Numbered from the stretch's first letter, positions 26,577 to 37,097 are shown. The stretch is 64,000 bases of DNA from Vicinamibacterales bacterium (GCA_965206705.1 CBDBKJ010000003.1:19403-83402), one strand, 5' to 3'. Notes: generated by a model from the sequence alone, not told the origin. Numbers and translations: made by a program.

Positions 26577-27776
26577 TTAGCTCCCTTCGGGGGCATCCGG
26601 CAGCGCCGCGACGCCCGGCAGCGTGCGGCCGCCGAGGAACTCGAGCGATGCGCCGCCGCCGGTCGAGACGTGGGTGATTCGCTCGGTGACCCCGGCCCGC
26701 CGGACGGCGGCCACCGAGTCTCCTCCCCCCACGATCGACGCGGCGGGGCTGGCCGCGACGGCCCTCGCGACGGCGAGGGTGCCGCGGGCGAAGGGCTCGA
26801 TCTCGAAGACGCCCATCGGTCCGTTCCACAGGACGGTGCGGGCGGCGGCGACGGCTTCGCGATAGCGGTCGACGGTGCGCGGACCGATGTCGACGCCGAG
26901 CCGGTCTCCGATGGCGGGGTCCGCGACGTCGATGGCGGCGTGGGCGGCATCGGCGTCGAGCCGGTCGGCGACGACGTGGTCGTCCGGCAGCTCGAGTCGC
27001 ACCGCTTGGGTGCGCGCCGTCCGCTCGATGTCGCGGGTGGTGTCGACGAGGGTCTCTTCGACCAGCGATCGACCCACCGGGCGCCCGCGGGCCTTCAGGA
27101 AGGTGTAGGCCATGGCGCCGCCGACGAGCAGGGCGTCGAGGCGGGGCAGCAGGTTGCCGATGACCTCCAGCTTGCCCGAGACCTTGGCGCCGCCGAGGAT
27201 GCCGACGAACGGCCGCGGCGGCGACTGGAGGAGCGCGCCGAGGTGCTGCAGCTCGCGGGTCATCAGCAGCCCCGCGGCGGCGTCCGCTACGTGGCTCACG
27301 ATGCCGGTGGTCGAGGCGTGGGCCCGGTGCGCGGCGCCGAAGGCGTCGTTGACGTAGGCGTCGCTCGAGGCCGCCAACGCGGCGGCGAATTCGGGGTCGT
27401 TGGCCTCTTCGCCGGCGTGGAAGCGCAGGTTCTCGAGCAGCACCAGGCCGCCGCGACCGGCCCGGGACAGCGCCGCGGTGACCGGTTCGCCGACCGCGTC
27501 GGGCGCGAAGACCACCGGGCGGCCGAGCAGCTCGGACAGGTGCGCCGCGACGGGCCGCAGCGTGAACGCGGGATTCGCGCGCCCCTTCGGTCGCCCCAGA
27601 TGGGAGCCGACGACGAGCGTCGCCCCCCGGTCGAGGGCCAGCCTCAGGGTGGGGACGGCGGCGCGAATGCGGGTGTCGTCGCCGACGACGCCGTCGCGCA
27701 ACGGGACGTTGAAGTCGACGCGCACGAACAGCCGGCGCCCGTCGAGCTCGAGGTCGTGGATGCTTCGCTTGGGCAC
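26577..27776 (-). CDS. pgk: phosphoglycerate kinase
   Basis: GTG start at 27776. [36 protein letters not shown] motifs. 399 aa. Confidence 0.92.
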   Translation of the reverse strand: MPKRSIHDLELDGRRLFVRVDFNVPLRDGVVGDDTRIRAAVPTLRLALDRGATLVVGSHLGRPKGRANPAFTLRPVAAHLSELLGRPVVFAPDAVGEPVTAALSRAGRGGLVLLENLRFHAGEEANDPEFAAALAASSDAYVNDAFGAAHRAHASTTGIVSHVADAAAGLLMTRELQHLGALLQSPPRPFVGILGGAKVSGKLEVIGNLLPRLDALLVGGAMAYTFLKARGRPVGRSLVEETLVDTTRDIERTARTQAVRLELPDDHVVADRLDADAAHAAIDVADPAIGDRLGVDIGPRTVDRYREAVAAARTVLWNGPMGVFEIEPFARGTLAVARAVAASPAASIVGGGDSVAAVRRAGVTERITHVSTGGGASLEFLGGRTLPGVAALPDAPEGS

Positions 27777-27826
27777 GGTTGCCTGAAGGCCGCCCGGGCG
27801 GACGCGGGTCCGAAGGGCTTCCGGCG

Positions 27827-28834
27827 CTACAGTCCCTTGTCGGCCAGGAACGTGACGAGGTCCACGCACCGGGACGAATAGCCCCATTCGTTGTCGTACC
27901 AGGACAGCAGCTTCACGAAGTCGTCCTGCATGACGCTCGTATACGACGCGTCGACGATGGACGAGTGGGGGTTCCCCTTGAAGTCGATCGAGACGAGGGG
28001 CTCGCTCGCCACGTGGAGTATCCCGCTGAGCGGCCCGTCCGCGGCGGCGGCGAAGGCGGCGTTCACCGACTCGGCGGTGGCGGGGCGGTCGACCTGAACG
28101 ACGAGGTCGACCACCGACACGTTCGGGGTCGGCACCCGGATGGAGATCCCGTCCAGCCGGCCCTTGAGCTCGGGCAGCACCTCGCCCACGGCGGCGGCGG
28201 CGCCGGTGGTCGTGGGAATCATGGAGAGCCCGGCCGAGCGGGCCCGGCGCAGGTCCTTGTGGGGGAGGTCGAGGAGCTTCTGGTCGTTGGTGTACGAGTG
28301 CACGGTGGTCATCCACCCCCGCTTGAGGCCGAACCGGTCGTGCAGCACCTTGGCGACGGGGGCCAGACAGTTGGTCGTGCAGGAGGCGTTCGAGATGATC
28401 CGGTGGCGGTCGGGGTCGTAGAGGTCGTGGTTCACGCCGAGCACGACGGTCAGATCGGGCTGCTTGGCGGGGGCGGTGATGATGACTCGCCGGGCGCCGG
28501 CGGCGAGGTGCTTGGCCGCGTCGTCGCGCTTCGCGAAGATGCCGGTCGACTCGAGCACGACGTCGACGCCCAGCTCGCCCCAGGGCAGGTTGGCCGGATC
28601 ACGCTCGGCGGTGACGCGGAAACGCCGATCTCCCATTCGGATGCCGTCGCCCTCGACCGCCACCTCGTCGCTGAGGTTGCCCAGCACCGAGTCGTACTTC
28701 AGCAGGTGGGCGAGCGTCGCCGCGTCGGTGATGTCGTTCACCGCCACGATCTCGATCCCGCTCGCGTCCCGGGCCGCCCGCATGATGTTGCGGCCGATAC
28801 GGCCGAATCCGTTGATGCCTACTCGTGTCGCCAT
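27827..28834 (-). CDS. gap: glyceraldehyde-3-phosphate dehydrogenase
   Basis: ATG at 28834. [21 protein letters not shown] (active-site Cys), WYDNEWGYS. Confidence 0.93.
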   Translation of the reverse strand: MATRVGINGFGRIGRNIMRAARDASGIEIVAVNDITDAATLAHLLKYDSVLGNLSDEVAVEGDGIRMGDRRFRVTAERDPANLPWGELGVDVVLESTGIFAKRDDAAKHLAAGARRVIITAPAKQPDLTVVLGVNHDLYDPDRHRIISNASCTTNCLAPVAKVLHDRFGLKRGWMTTVHSYTNDQKLLDLPHKDLRRARSAGLSMIPTTTGAAAAVGEVLPELKGRLDGISIRVPTPNVSVVDLVVQVDRPATAESVNAAFAAAADGPLSGILHVASEPLVSIDFKGNPHSSIVDASYTSVMQDDFVKLLSWYDNEWGYSSRCVDLVTFLADKGL

Positions 28835-29035
28835 GCCCTGTCTCGACTTTCCTCCGGCTCGGCGCGCCTCTGATCGGCGCATCCCTGATTACGGTCCACA
28901 AACGATCTATTGTAATTTATGGCGTGGCGGTCCGGTCAAACCGGAGGGCGGCGCCCGGCCACGGAACCGTGCCCGCTCGAGGCGTTCGGGCACCCCCGCC
29001 TCGCTCTGTCGAAGGCCCGGAGGCGGTCCGCATCG

Positions 29036-30367
29036 ATGCATGTCCTGTACAGCGTGGCCATCGTCTGCTACGCCCTGTCGATGGCCCCGCGCCTCGTGTA
29101 CGAAGCGGTCCGCCACCGCAAGTACATCGGGACGCTGCGCGAACGCTGGGGGTACCTGCCGGCCGGCATCGATCCGGCCGGGCGGCCGTCGATCTGGATT
29201 CACGCGGTGTCGGTGGGCGAGGTGCAGGCCGCCCGCACCCTGATTCCGGCGTTGCGCGACCGCTATCCCGGCCATGGGCTGTGGCTGTCGACCACCACCC
29301 GGACCGGCCGGGCGGTCGCGGCCCGGATCGAGGCGGTCGACGGCCTGTTCTACTTTCCTCTCGATCTGCCGGTCGTCGTCGACCGGGTGCTGGACCGCGT
29401 GCGGCCGGCGCTGTTTCTCGCGGTGGATACCGAGCTTTGGCCCAACCTGCTGCGGCGCTGCGCCCGGCGCGGGGTCGGGACGATGCTCGTGAACGGGCGT
29501 ATCTCGGATCGGTCGTATCCGCGCTACCGTCTGGTACGGTGGTTCTTCCGGCGCGTGCTCGCCGACGTGGACCGGTGCTGCGCCCAGAGCGAGGAATCGG
29601 CCCGCCGTCTCGTCGATCTCGGCGCGCCGCCCGACCGGGTCGTCATGACCGGCAATCTGAAGTTCGACGCCACGCCGGCGCCGCGCCCCGACGCGCGGTC
29701 TCGGGACGAGGGCCTCTTGCGGTTGTTCCGCTTCGCGCCGGATCGACCGGTCCTCATGGCGGCCAGCACCCACCCCGGCGAGGAGGGCCCGGTGCTGGAT
29801 GCCTTCCTGCGGCTTCGGACCCGCGTGCCCGGCCTCGTCCTGGTGCTCGCGCCGCGGCATCCCGAGCGCGGCGCCGAGGTGACCGCGCTCGCGGCCCGGC
29901 GGGGAGTCGCGGCCGTGCGCCGCAGCCGGCTTCCGGGGGACGGAGCCCGGCCGGCCGGCGTTGTCGTGCTCGATACCGTCGGCGAGCTGGCCACGTTGTT
30001 CCAGGTGGCGACGGTCGTCTTTCTCGGGGGAAGCCTGGTGCCGGCGGGCGGGCACAACGTGATAGAGCCGGCCGCCTGGGGCAAGCCGGTGGTGTTCGGA
30101 CCGCATATGCAGAACTTCGCCGAGATCGCCGACCTGTTTCTCGCGAACCGGGCCGCCCGCCAGGTCGCCGCGGTCGGCGAGCTGGAGCCGGTGCTGGCGG
30201 AGCTGCTGGCCGACGCGCCGCAACGCGACGCGCTGGGGACCGCCGCCCGCAACCTGGTGGCGGCCAATCGTGGGGCCGCCGCGCGCAGTCTGGCGGAGAT
30301 CGCGGCAGTGCTGCCGCCGCCCGGCGCCCCCGCGCCGGACCCGACGCGGGCGGCGGCGCCGCGCTGA
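29036..30367 (+). CDS. waaA: 3-deoxy-D-manno-octulosonic acid (Kdo) transferase
   Basis: ATG at 29036 in track ORF 28919..30367. IWIHAVSVGEV, ELWPNLL, GGSLVPAGGHNVIEPAAWGKPVVFGPHM. Confidence 0.88.
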   Translation: MHVLYSVAIVCYALSMAPRLVYEAVRHRKYIGTLRERWGYLPAGIDPAGRPSIWIHAVSVGEVQAARTLIPALRDRYPGHGLWLSTTTRTGRAVAARIEAVDGLFYFPLDLPVVVDRVLDRVRPALFLAVDTELWPNLLRRCARRGVGTMLVNGRISDRSYPRYRLVRWFFRRVLADVDRCCAQSEESARRLVDLGAPPDRVVMTGNLKFDATPAPRPDARSRDEGLLRLFRFAPDRPVLMAASTHPGEEGPVLDAFLRLRTRVPGLVLVLAPRHPERGAEVTALAARRGVAAVRRSRLPGDGARPAGVVVLDTVGELATLFQVATVVFLGGSLVPAGGHNVIEPAAWGKPVVFGPHMQNFAEIADLFLANRAARQVAAVGELEPVLAELLADAPQRDALGTAARNLVAANRGAAARSLAEIAAVLPPPGAPAPDPTRAAAPR

Positions 30368-30389
30368 CGAGGACAGGACCCTGCTGCGG

Positions 30390-31403
30390 TTGCTCAGCCG
30401 TCTGTATGGCGAAGCGGCGTGGCGCCGCCGGCGGTGGTACGCCCGGCGCCCCCGGGCCCGGCGCCGGCTCGCCCGGCCGGTCATCAGCGTGGGGGCGCTC
30501 GCGGCCGGGGGCAGCGGCAAGACGCCGCTGGTCGCCTGGCTGGCCAGGATGCTGGTGGGGATGGGGGAGCGGCCGGCCATCCTGAGCCGCGGGTACGGGC
30601 GCGCCGATCCGGTCGAGGGGGCGGCAGTGATACGAAACTTCCAGCGAACCGTCGGCAGCCTGTCGATCGCCGGCGACGAGCCGTGGATGCTGGCCCGTGC
30701 GCTCGACGGGGTCGCCATCGTGGTGGCGGCCGACCGCCATCTCGCCGGCCGTCTCGCCGAGACCTGCCTGGACGCCACCGTCCATCTGCTCGATGACGGG
30801 TTTCAGCATTTCCAGCTGGAACGGGGGACCGATCTGGTCCTGCTGTCGGCCGCCGATCTCGACGATGCGGCGGTGCTGCCGGCGGGGCGCCTGCGCGAGC
30901 CCCTGGCGACCGCGCGTTGCGCCGACGCCCTGCTCCTGGTCGACGTGCCGGGCGACCGCCGCGCCGCGGTCGAGGCGCGGCTGCGCCCGGCCCGGCTGTT
31001 CCACGTGGACCGGCGGGCCGGCGCGGTCCGGGTGCGGCCGCCGGGCGGAGGGACCGAGGCGCCGGACCCGGGGGCGCGGGTCGCCGCGGTGGCCGGCGTC
31101 GCCCGCCCGGAACGGTTCTTCGGCGACGTGCGGGCGGCCGGATACGACGTCGTTCGCGCCATCGCCTTCCCGGACCACCACCGGTTCGCGTCGCGCGACG
31201 TCGACCGCATTCAGGCCGAGGCCCGGCGCGCGGGGGCGCAGGCGATCGTGACGACGGACAAGGACTTCGTCCGCCTCGAGGCGTGGCTGCCGCTCGACCC
31301 CGTTCTGGCGACCATGCCGCTGACCTGTGCGGTGACCCCGGAGGCGCCGTTTCGCGCCTTCATCGCCGGCCGGCTCGCGGCCGAGCGGAGCGGGGGGCGG
31401 TGA
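30390..31403 (+). CDS. lpxK: tetraacyldisaccharide 4'-kinase
   Basis: PVISVGALAAGGSGKTP P-loop, ILSRGYG, LLDDGFQH. Start uncertain: TTG 30390 or CTG 30381, while the track ATG 30270 would overlap waaA by 98 nt. Confidence 0.85.
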   Translation: MLSRLYGEAAWRRRRWYARRPRARRRLARPVISVGALAAGGSGKTPLVAWLARMLVGMGERPAILSRGYGRADPVEGAAVIRNFQRTVGSLSIAGDEPWMLARALDGVAIVVAADRHLAGRLAETCLDATVHLLDDGFQHFQLERGTDLVLLSAADLDDAAVLPAGRLREPLATARCADALLLVDVPGDRRAAVEARLRPARLFHVDRRAGAVRVRPPGGGTEAPDPGARVAAVAGVARPERFFGDVRAAGYDVVRAIAFPDHHRFASRDVDRIQAEARRAGAQAIVTTDKDFVRLEAWLPLDPVLATMPLTCAVTPEAPFRAFIAGRLAAERSGGR

Positions 31404-32356
31404 CGGCGGGAGCGCCGCGGCGGCCGATTCGCCATCGCGCGGAGTACCTGGCGGTGCGGGCGGTGCAGCTGGCGGTGCGGGGAATGCCGCCCCGATGGGC
31501 GGCGGCGGTGGGGGGCGGGCTGGGGCGGCTGTTCCATCGGTGGGACGACCGGCGCCGGAGCACCGCGACCGCCAACGTGCGGGCGGCCCTGCCGGGGCGG
31601 ACCGAGGACGAGCACCGCGCCATCGTGGCGAACGCCTTCGCCAACGTCGGCCGGCACGTCATCGAGCTGCTGCGATTCGACGCGATGCGCGTCGACGAGA
31701 TGATGGCGCGGGTGGAGTTCCAGGGGGCGGAGCATGTCGATCGGGCGCTGGCGGCGGGCCGCGGCGCGATGTTCTTCACCGGGCACTTCGGGTTCTGGGA
31801 GCTGCACGTCATGGCCCACGCGGTCCGGTTCGAACCGATCGTGATGGTGGCGCGCACGTTGGACAACCCGCTGCTCGAGGCGATGGTCGAGCGGGTCCGG
31901 ACCCGGGTCGGCACCCGGGTCATTCCGCGGCAGGGGGCGGTGCGGGGGTTGCTGCGCGCGCTGCTCGATCGCCGCTCGGTCGGCATGATGGTCGACCAGC
32001 ACATGCAGGACCGGAGCGCGGTGACGGTGGAGTTTCTCGGCCGGCCGGCCGCGACGACGTCGGCCATCGCCGCGCTGGCGTTGCGCACGGGGGCGCCGGT
32101 GATTCCGGTGTTCACGTTGCCGCGGCCCGGCCGGCGCTACCGCGTGGTCTACGAGCCCCCGGTCGAGATGCCCGACCCCGGGCGGGCCGACGCGGTGCAG
32201 GTCCTGACCCAGCGCTGCACCGACGTGCTGGAGTCCTACGTGCGCCGGCAGCCCGAGCTGTGGCTCTGGATGCACCGGCGCTGGCGCCTCGCCGAGGCCG
32301 CCCCGTCCCGATCGGATTTCGTGGATTCGCCAGGCGCCCGGGCGGGGAGACGGTGA
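31400..32356 (+). CDS. lipid A biosynthesis (Kdo2-lipid IVA) acyltransferase, LpxL/HtrB family
   Basis: GTG at 31400 overlaps the lpxK stop (GTGA). FFTGHFGFWEL (HX4E-type motif region), MMVDQH, PELWLWMHRRW. Confidence 0.8.
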   Translation: MTAGAPRRPIRHRAEYLAVRAVQLAVRGMPPRWAAAVGGGLGRLFHRWDDRRRSTATANVRAALPGRTEDEHRAIVANAFANVGRHVIELLRFDAMRVDEMMARVEFQGAEHVDRALAAGRGAMFFTGHFGFWELHVMAHAVRFEPIVMVARTLDNPLLEAMVERVRTRVGTRVIPRQGAVRGLLRALLDRRSVGMMVDQHMQDRSAVTVEFLGRPAATTSAIAALALRTGAPVIPVFTLPRPGRRYRVVYEPPVEMPDPGRADAVQVLTQRCTDVLESYVRRQPELWLWMHRRWRLAEAAPSRSDFVDSPGARAGRR

Positions 32357-32444
32357 ACTCGTTGACACCCACGGGCGCCGTCGTTCCGGCGTGGGCTGGC
32401 GGGAGACGAGCCAGCCCCGCCGGGTGACGGGATTCTGGACACCG

Positions 32445-33503
32445 ATGCGCGTGCTTGTACGGACACCCAACTGGCTGGGCGACGTCGTGATGGCGTTGCC
32501 GGCGCTCGCGGCGCTCCGGGCGCACTACCCGGGGGCGACCCTCGCGGCGGCGGCCCCCCGGCCCCTCGCTCCGCTGCTCTCGGCCGCGCCGGGGGTCGAC
32601 GAGGTCGTCGGGGTGACGCGCGGCCGGGGAGGGCGCAGGTCCGAGGCGGAGGCGTTGCGGCGGGGGGGGTTCGACGTGGCGTTGCTGTTGCCCAACTCGT
32701 TCGGCTCGGCCTGGACCGCCCGCCGGGCCGGCATTCCGGAGCGCTGGGGGTTCGCCGGGCAGTGGCGGCGCGCCCTGCTGACCCGGGCGGTGACGCCCCC
32801 GCGCCGCCGCGGCGGTCCGGTGCATCACGTGGCCCGCTACCTCGAGCTGGTCCGCGGCCTGGGCATCGAGCCGGTCGCGGTCGAGCCCCGTCTCGCGGCG
32901 ACGGCATCCATGCGCGCACGGGCCCGCAAGCTGCTCGCCGGCGGCGGCGACCCGGAGCGGCCGGTGGTGGGCATTGCGCCGGGGGCCGCCTACGGCTACG
33001 CCAAGCGGTGGCTGCCGGCGCGCTACGCCGGCGTCGCGGCCCGGCTGATTCGGGAGCGCGGCGTGCGGGTCGTGCTGCTCGGCAGCGTCCACGACCGGGA
33101 TGCCGGGTATGCGATAGAATCCACCCTCGCGGCCGGGACGCGGCAACCCCCCGGGGTCCTGAACCTGATCGGACGGACCGATCTCTCGGAGTTGATCGGT
33201 CTCCTGGCCGCGTGCCGGACCCTGGTTGCCGGCGACTCCGGGGCGATGCACCTGGCGGCGGCGCTGGGGGTGCCGGTGACCGCCATCTTCGGTCCCACCG
33301 ACGAGCGCCTGACCGCGCCGATCGGCGGGCACGCGGTGCTGACGCATCCGGTCTGGTGCCGCCCCTGCTTTTTCCGCGATTGTCCGATCGACCACCGGTG
33401 CATGACGCGCATCTCCGAGGCCGAGGTTCTGCAGGCGGCCGTCAGCCGGCTCGCCGGCGGCGCGGAGGCCGCGGCGCCGCGCCCGCGAGTGGACGGGCCA
33501 TGA
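32445..33503 (+). CDS. waaF: ADP-heptose:LPS heptosyltransferase II
   Basis: MRVLVRTPNWLGDVVMALPA is a GT9 N-terminus. GDSGAMHLAAALGVPV is a GT9 C-terminal motif. Confidence 0.8.
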   Translation: MRVLVRTPNWLGDVVMALPALAALRAHYPGATLAAAAPRPLAPLLSAAPGVDEVVGVTRGRGGRRSEAEALRRGGFDVALLLPNSFGSAWTARRAGIPERWGFAGQWRRALLTRAVTPPRRRGGPVHHVARYLELVRGLGIEPVAVEPRLAATASMRARARKLLAGGGDPERPVVGIAPGAAYGYAKRWLPARYAGVAARLIRERGVRVVLLGSVHDRDAGYAIESTLAAGTRQPPGVLNLIGRTDLSELIGLLAACRTLVAGDSGAMHLAAALGVPVTAIFGPTDERLTAPIGGHAVLTHPVWCRPCFFRDCPIDHRCMTRISEAEVLQAAVSRLAGGAEAAAPRPRVDGP

Positions 33504-33534
33504 GCCGAACGGATGCCCGCGGCCGGTTCGTCCG

Positions 33535-34584
33535 ATGATCCTGCCCTCCATTCATCCCGGGCCCGGCGACGAGGCGCTGCGTACCCGTCTGGTCGATCTG
33601 GTCGGATCGTTCGGGCGGCCCCGCATCGTCGTGGTCGGCGACCTGATCGCGGACGAGTTCATCTACGGCCGCATCGACCGGGTGTCCCGCGAGGCCCCGG
33701 TGCTGATTCTCAAGTACGATGCCGCCGAGGTGCTCCCCGGCGGGGCCGGGAACGCCGCGCACAACGTGACCGCTCTCGGCGCGGAGGCCCGGCTCGTGGG
33801 TTGCGTCGGGCGGGACGACATCGGTCGCCGGCTCTCCCGGAGCTTCTCGCGCGGGCTCGCGAGGACCGGTCTCGTGCGGTTGCCGGGGTATCGGACGCCG
33901 ACCAAGACCCGCATTCTCGCGGGGGGGATTCACTCGGCCCGTCAGCAGGTGGTGCGCATCGACCGCGACGGGTCGCCGGTCACCGCGGAGGCGCGGGACG
34001 CGCTGGCGCAGGCGGCGGCCGAGGCGGTCGCGGGATGCGATGCGGTGGTCGTGTCCGACTACGGCACCGGATTGATCACGCCGCGGTTCGTGGCCGACCT
34101 GAAGCGCCGTCTGCCGCGCCGCAAGCGCGGCCCGGCGGTGCCGGTGCTGCTCGATTCCCGGTACGGGGTGCTGCAGTACCGCGGGTTGACGGTGGCGGTT
34201 CCCAACGAGTCGGAGGTCGAGCACGTGCTCGGGTGGGCCGTCGGCGAGGACGCCCGGGCCCTCGAGCGGGCCGGACGCACCATTCTGGAGCGCACGCGGA
34301 TGCAGGCGGTGCTGATTACCCGGGGGAGCCGCGGGATGGCCCTGTTCGAGCCGGAACGTCCCACCCAGCACATCCCCATCCACGGCTCGGACGAGGTCAC
34401 CGACGTCACCGGCGCCGGCGACACGGTGATCGCCACGATGGCGATGGCCCTGAGCGTGGGCGCCTCCTGCCTCGAAGCGGCGCTGCTCGCCAACTACGCG
34501 GGGGGGCTCGTGGTCATGAAACGCGGCACAGCCGTCGTCAGCGGGAGCGAGTTGCTGCACGCCGTCGAGAGCGACCTGGCATGA
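33535..34584 (+). CDS. hldA: D-glycero-beta-D-manno-heptose-7-phosphate kinase (RfaE domain I, stand-alone)
   Basis: PfkB-type sugar kinase. VVVGDLIADEFIYG, PGGAGNAAHN, DVTGAGDTV. Confidence 0.82.
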   Translation: MILPSIHPGPGDEALRTRLVDLVGSFGRPRIVVVGDLIADEFIYGRIDRVSREAPVLILKYDAAEVLPGGAGNAAHNVTALGAEARLVGCVGRDDIGRRLSRSFSRGLARTGLVRLPGYRTPTKTRILAGGIHSARQQVVRIDRDGSPVTAEARDALAQAAAEAVAGCDAVVVSDYGTGLITPRFVADLKRRLPRRKRGPAVPVLLDSRYGVLQYRGLTVAVPNESEVEHVLGWAVGEDARALERAGRTILERTRMQAVLITRGSRGMALFEPERPTQHIPIHGSDEVTDVTGAGDTVIATMAMALSVGASCLEAALLANYAGGLVVMKRGTAVVSGSELLHAVESDLA

Positions 34585-35075
34585 CCGCCGCGAGGGGAAG
34601 CACGCCGGGGGTGGTCGTCACCGAGACCGATCTCCTGGAGCGGGTGCGCGCCGACCGCGCGGCCGGCCGGACGATCGCGTTCGCGAACGGGTGCTTCGAC
34701 GTGCTCCACGTCGGCCACGCGCGGTACCTCGCGGGGGCCGCGGCGCTGGCGGACCGTCTGGTCGTGGCCGTCAACGACGACGCGTCGGTGGCGGCGCTGA
34801 AGGGGCCCGGCCGGCCGGTGCAGACGGCGGTCGAACGCGCCGAGCTGGTGGCCGGGTTCGCCGCCGCGGACTACGTCGTCGTGTTCGCCGATGCCACCGT
34901 CCACCGGCTGCTGGCCCTGTTCGAGCCGGACGTCCACTGCAAGGGGCCGGACTACACCGTCGACACGGTGCCGGAACGCGACGCCGTCCGCGCCTACGGC
35001 GGGCTCACGGTCATCGTGGGAGACGGCAAGACGCACTCGACCCGCGACCTCGTGGCCCGGATCCGCAGGCGGTAG
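34581..35075 (+). CDS. hldC: D-glycero-beta-D-manno-heptose-1-phosphate adenylyltransferase (RfaE domain II, stand-alone)
   Basis: ATG at 34581 overlaps the hldA stop (ATGA). FANGCFDVLHVGHARYL is a cytidylyltransferase HxGH motif. Confidence 0.85.
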   Translation: MTAARGSTPGVVVTETDLLERVRADRAAGRTIAFANGCFDVLHVGHARYLAGAAALADRLVVAVNDDASVAALKGPGRPVQTAVERAELVAGFAAADYVVVFADATVHRLLALFEPDVHCKGPDYTVDTVPERDAVRAYGGLTVIVGDGKTHSTRDLVARIRRR

Positions 35076-35160
35076 GCGCCGAGGCGCCGCGGGGGACGGG
35101 GTCGCGGCCGGCCGGAGAGTCCGGAAGGGTCGGTTGGGGAGTCGGCGCCGTCAGGGTGGT

Positions 35161-35250
35161 GACGGAAACTACCCTGCCGTGCGACAAGCGCGCCAGCCGC
35201 AGAAAACAGGCTGCGCTGGGTGCAGTTGGCAACCTCATATCGATCACCGC
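35161..35250 (-). repeat. ~90-nt structured repeat element, copy B
   Basis: Reverse-complement match (about 80%) to 6728-6820. Hairpin CCAGC(C)GCAG/CTGCGCTGG corresponds to AGCCGCAA/TTGCGGCT in copy A with paired substitutions. Confidence 0.7.
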
Positions 35251-35253
35251 CCT

Positions 35254-35340
35254 TGGGGGTCTGCGCGCAGAAGTTTCGCGCTAGCGAAACTTCCAACGCG
35301 ACCGTAGGTCGCGCGGCGGGGGCGCCGGAGGCGGCGATTT
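35254..35340 (+). repeat. double-hairpin repeat element, copy 2, beginning with an ISAzo13-like terminal sequence
   Basis: GGGGGTCTGCGCGCAGAAGTTTCGCGCTAGCGAAACTTCCAACGCGACCGTAGGTCGC. Perfect stems GAAGTTTCGC/GCGAAACTTC and GCGACC/GGTCGC. The first ~25 nt resemble the IS end GGGTCCGCGCAAAAATAACTTC. Confidence 0.65.
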
Positions 35341-35368
35341 GGCGGGCCGGCCGGCCCGCCCTGGAGGC

Positions 35369-36379
35369 ATGCGAGCCATTCTCATCGTCCGCCTCGGCGC
35401 CATCGGCGACATCGTGCACGCGGTGCCGGTGGCGGCGGCGCTTCGCGATCGGTTCCCGGCCGCGCGCATCGACTGGGTCGTCGACGAACGTTGTCAGGAC
35501 GTGCTGCGCCTGGTGCCGGTGGTGGACCGGCGCATCGTGCTCCGCACCCGGTCGATGCCGGTCTGGCGGCGGGTGGCGGATCTGCGCCGCGCCCTCGCCG
35601 GCGGCGCCTATGACGCCGCGGTGGATGTGCAGGGGCTTCTGAAGTCGGCGGTGGTCGCCCGGTTGAGCCGGGCGCCCCGGGTCCTGGGCTTTCCCGCGCC
35701 GCATCTGCGCGAGGCGCCCGCCCGGTTCCTGTACACCGAGACCTGCGACCCGGGGGACGCCGCGCACGTCATCGACAAGAACCTGGCGCTCGCCCGCCGG
35801 CTGGGGGCGCGGACCGCCGAACCGCGGTTTCCGCTCGACGTGCCGGCGTCGGCCGCGCTCGATGCCGTGCGCCGGTCCCCCCGGGCGGGAGAGGGGCGGT
35901 TCGCGGTGCTCAACCCGGGCGCCGCGTGGCCGAACAAGCGCTGGGCGCCGGCCCGGCTGGCGCGGGTCGCCGAATGGTTGTGGGGCGAGCGCCGGTTGCC
36001 CTCGCTGGTGACCTGGGGGCCCGGCGACGAGACGATGGCCGCGGCCGTCGTCGAGGGCTCGAACGGGGCCGCGCAGCTCGCGCCGCCAACCCGCGTGCCC
36101 GATCTGGCCGCCATCCTCCGGGCGGCGGCGGTCGTGGTGTCCGGCGACACCGGGCCGGTGCATCTCGCGGCGGCGGTGGGGACGCCCGTCGTCGGTCTCT
36201 ATGGCCCGACCGACGCTCGCCGGAACGGGCCCTGGGCGCCGCGGGACGTCGCGGTCTCGCGTTTCGCCGACTGCCGATGCCGGTACCGGCGGCGCTGCCG
36301 CGCCGCGCGCCGGTGCCTCGACGACATCTCCGTGGCCGAGGTGACGGCGGCCCTCGCCCGGCGGCTCGACGCATCATGA
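35369..36379 (+). CDS. waaC: ADP-heptose:LPS heptosyltransferase I
   Basis: ATG at 35369 preceded by GGAGG. MRAILIVRLGAIGDIVHAVP, GDTGPVHLAAAVGTPVV (GT9). Confidence 0.8.
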   Translation: MRAILIVRLGAIGDIVHAVPVAAALRDRFPAARIDWVVDERCQDVLRLVPVVDRRIVLRTRSMPVWRRVADLRRALAGGAYDAAVDVQGLLKSAVVARLSRAPRVLGFPAPHLREAPARFLYTETCDPGDAAHVIDKNLALARRLGARTAEPRFPLDVPASAALDAVRRSPRAGEGRFAVLNPGAAWPNKRWAPARLARVAEWLWGERRLPSLVTWGPGDETMAAAVVEGSNGAAQLAPPTRVPDLAAILRAAAVVVSGDTGPVHLAAAVGTPVVGLYGPTDARRNGPWAPRDVAVSRFADCRCRYRRRCRAARRCLDDISVAEVTAALARRLDAS

Positions 36380-36930
36380 CGCCCGCATCGGTCCCGGCTC
36401 GTCCCGGCGAGGCGCCGCGCTGGGTCTTCCTGGTGGCGCGGTCCCGCGTGGCGGCGGGCTTCGTGGTGGCGGCGGCGGCATTCTGGCTCGCGCGTCCGTC
36501 CTGGGGGTCGCTCGCGGCGGGAGCCGGGGTCGGTCTGGCCGGGACGTGCCTGCGGGGCTGGGCGGCCGGGCATCTCGAGAAGGGGGTCGAAGTGACGACG
36601 TCGGGGCCCTACCGGTGGATGCGGCATCCCCTGTACGTCGGATCGACCCTGCTGGGGCTCGGCTTCGCGGCGGCCGCGAGTCATCCGGTCGCCGCGGTGC
36701 TGATCGTCCTGTATCTCGCGGTTTCGCTGTCGCTGGCCGCGCGGTTCGAGGAGGCGCGGTTGCGGGCCGAGCTCGGCGACGCCTACGACCGGTACGCACG
36801 GGGGGCCGCGGTCGCCGGGGACCGGCGGTGGTCGATGGCCCGCGCCGCGCGCAACCGCGAAGGGAAGGCGGTGGCCGGGGTGCTGGCGGGCCTGGCCCTC
36901 CTGGGGCTGAAGGCGCTGCTCGAGAGCTGA
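36376..36930 (+). CDS. ICMT/Ste14-family membrane methyltransferase (possible LmtA-like lipid A methyltransferase)
   Basis: ATG at 36376 overlaps the waaC stop (ATGA). TSGPYRWMRHPLYVGSTL...RFEEARLRAELGDAYDRY is the ICMT/PEMT C-terminal signature. Multiple TM segments. Confidence 0.7.
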   Translation: MTPASVPARPGEAPRWVFLVARSRVAAGFVVAAAAFWLARPSWGSLAAGAGVGLAGTCLRGWAAGHLEKGVEVTTSGPYRWMRHPLYVGSTLLGLGFAAAASHPVAAVLIVLYLAVSLSLAARFEEARLRAELGDAYDRYARGAAVAGDRRWSMARAARNREGKAVAGVLAGLALLGLKALLES

Positions 36931-37029
36931 CCGGGAGGTGTCGGTGGCAGGACGCCGCGCAGGTCCGAGACCGGCCGGGCGCAGAGCGCATCGCGGGTCG
37001 AATGCAGCCTCTTGCCGCCGACTCCGGTG

Positions 37030-37058
37030 TTTCCGGCGCCGCGATTCTGCACTATAAT
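37030..37058 (+). promoter_or_regulatory. candidate sigma70 promoter for tRNA-Val/tRNA-Asp
   Basis: TTTCCG (37030-35), 17-bp spacer, perfect TATAAT (37053-58), about 40 nt upstream of tRNA-Val. Confidence 0.4.
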
Positions 37059-37097
37059 GGCAGGGTTCGTCGGGGTGCGGGGCACGAACCGGGAGCC

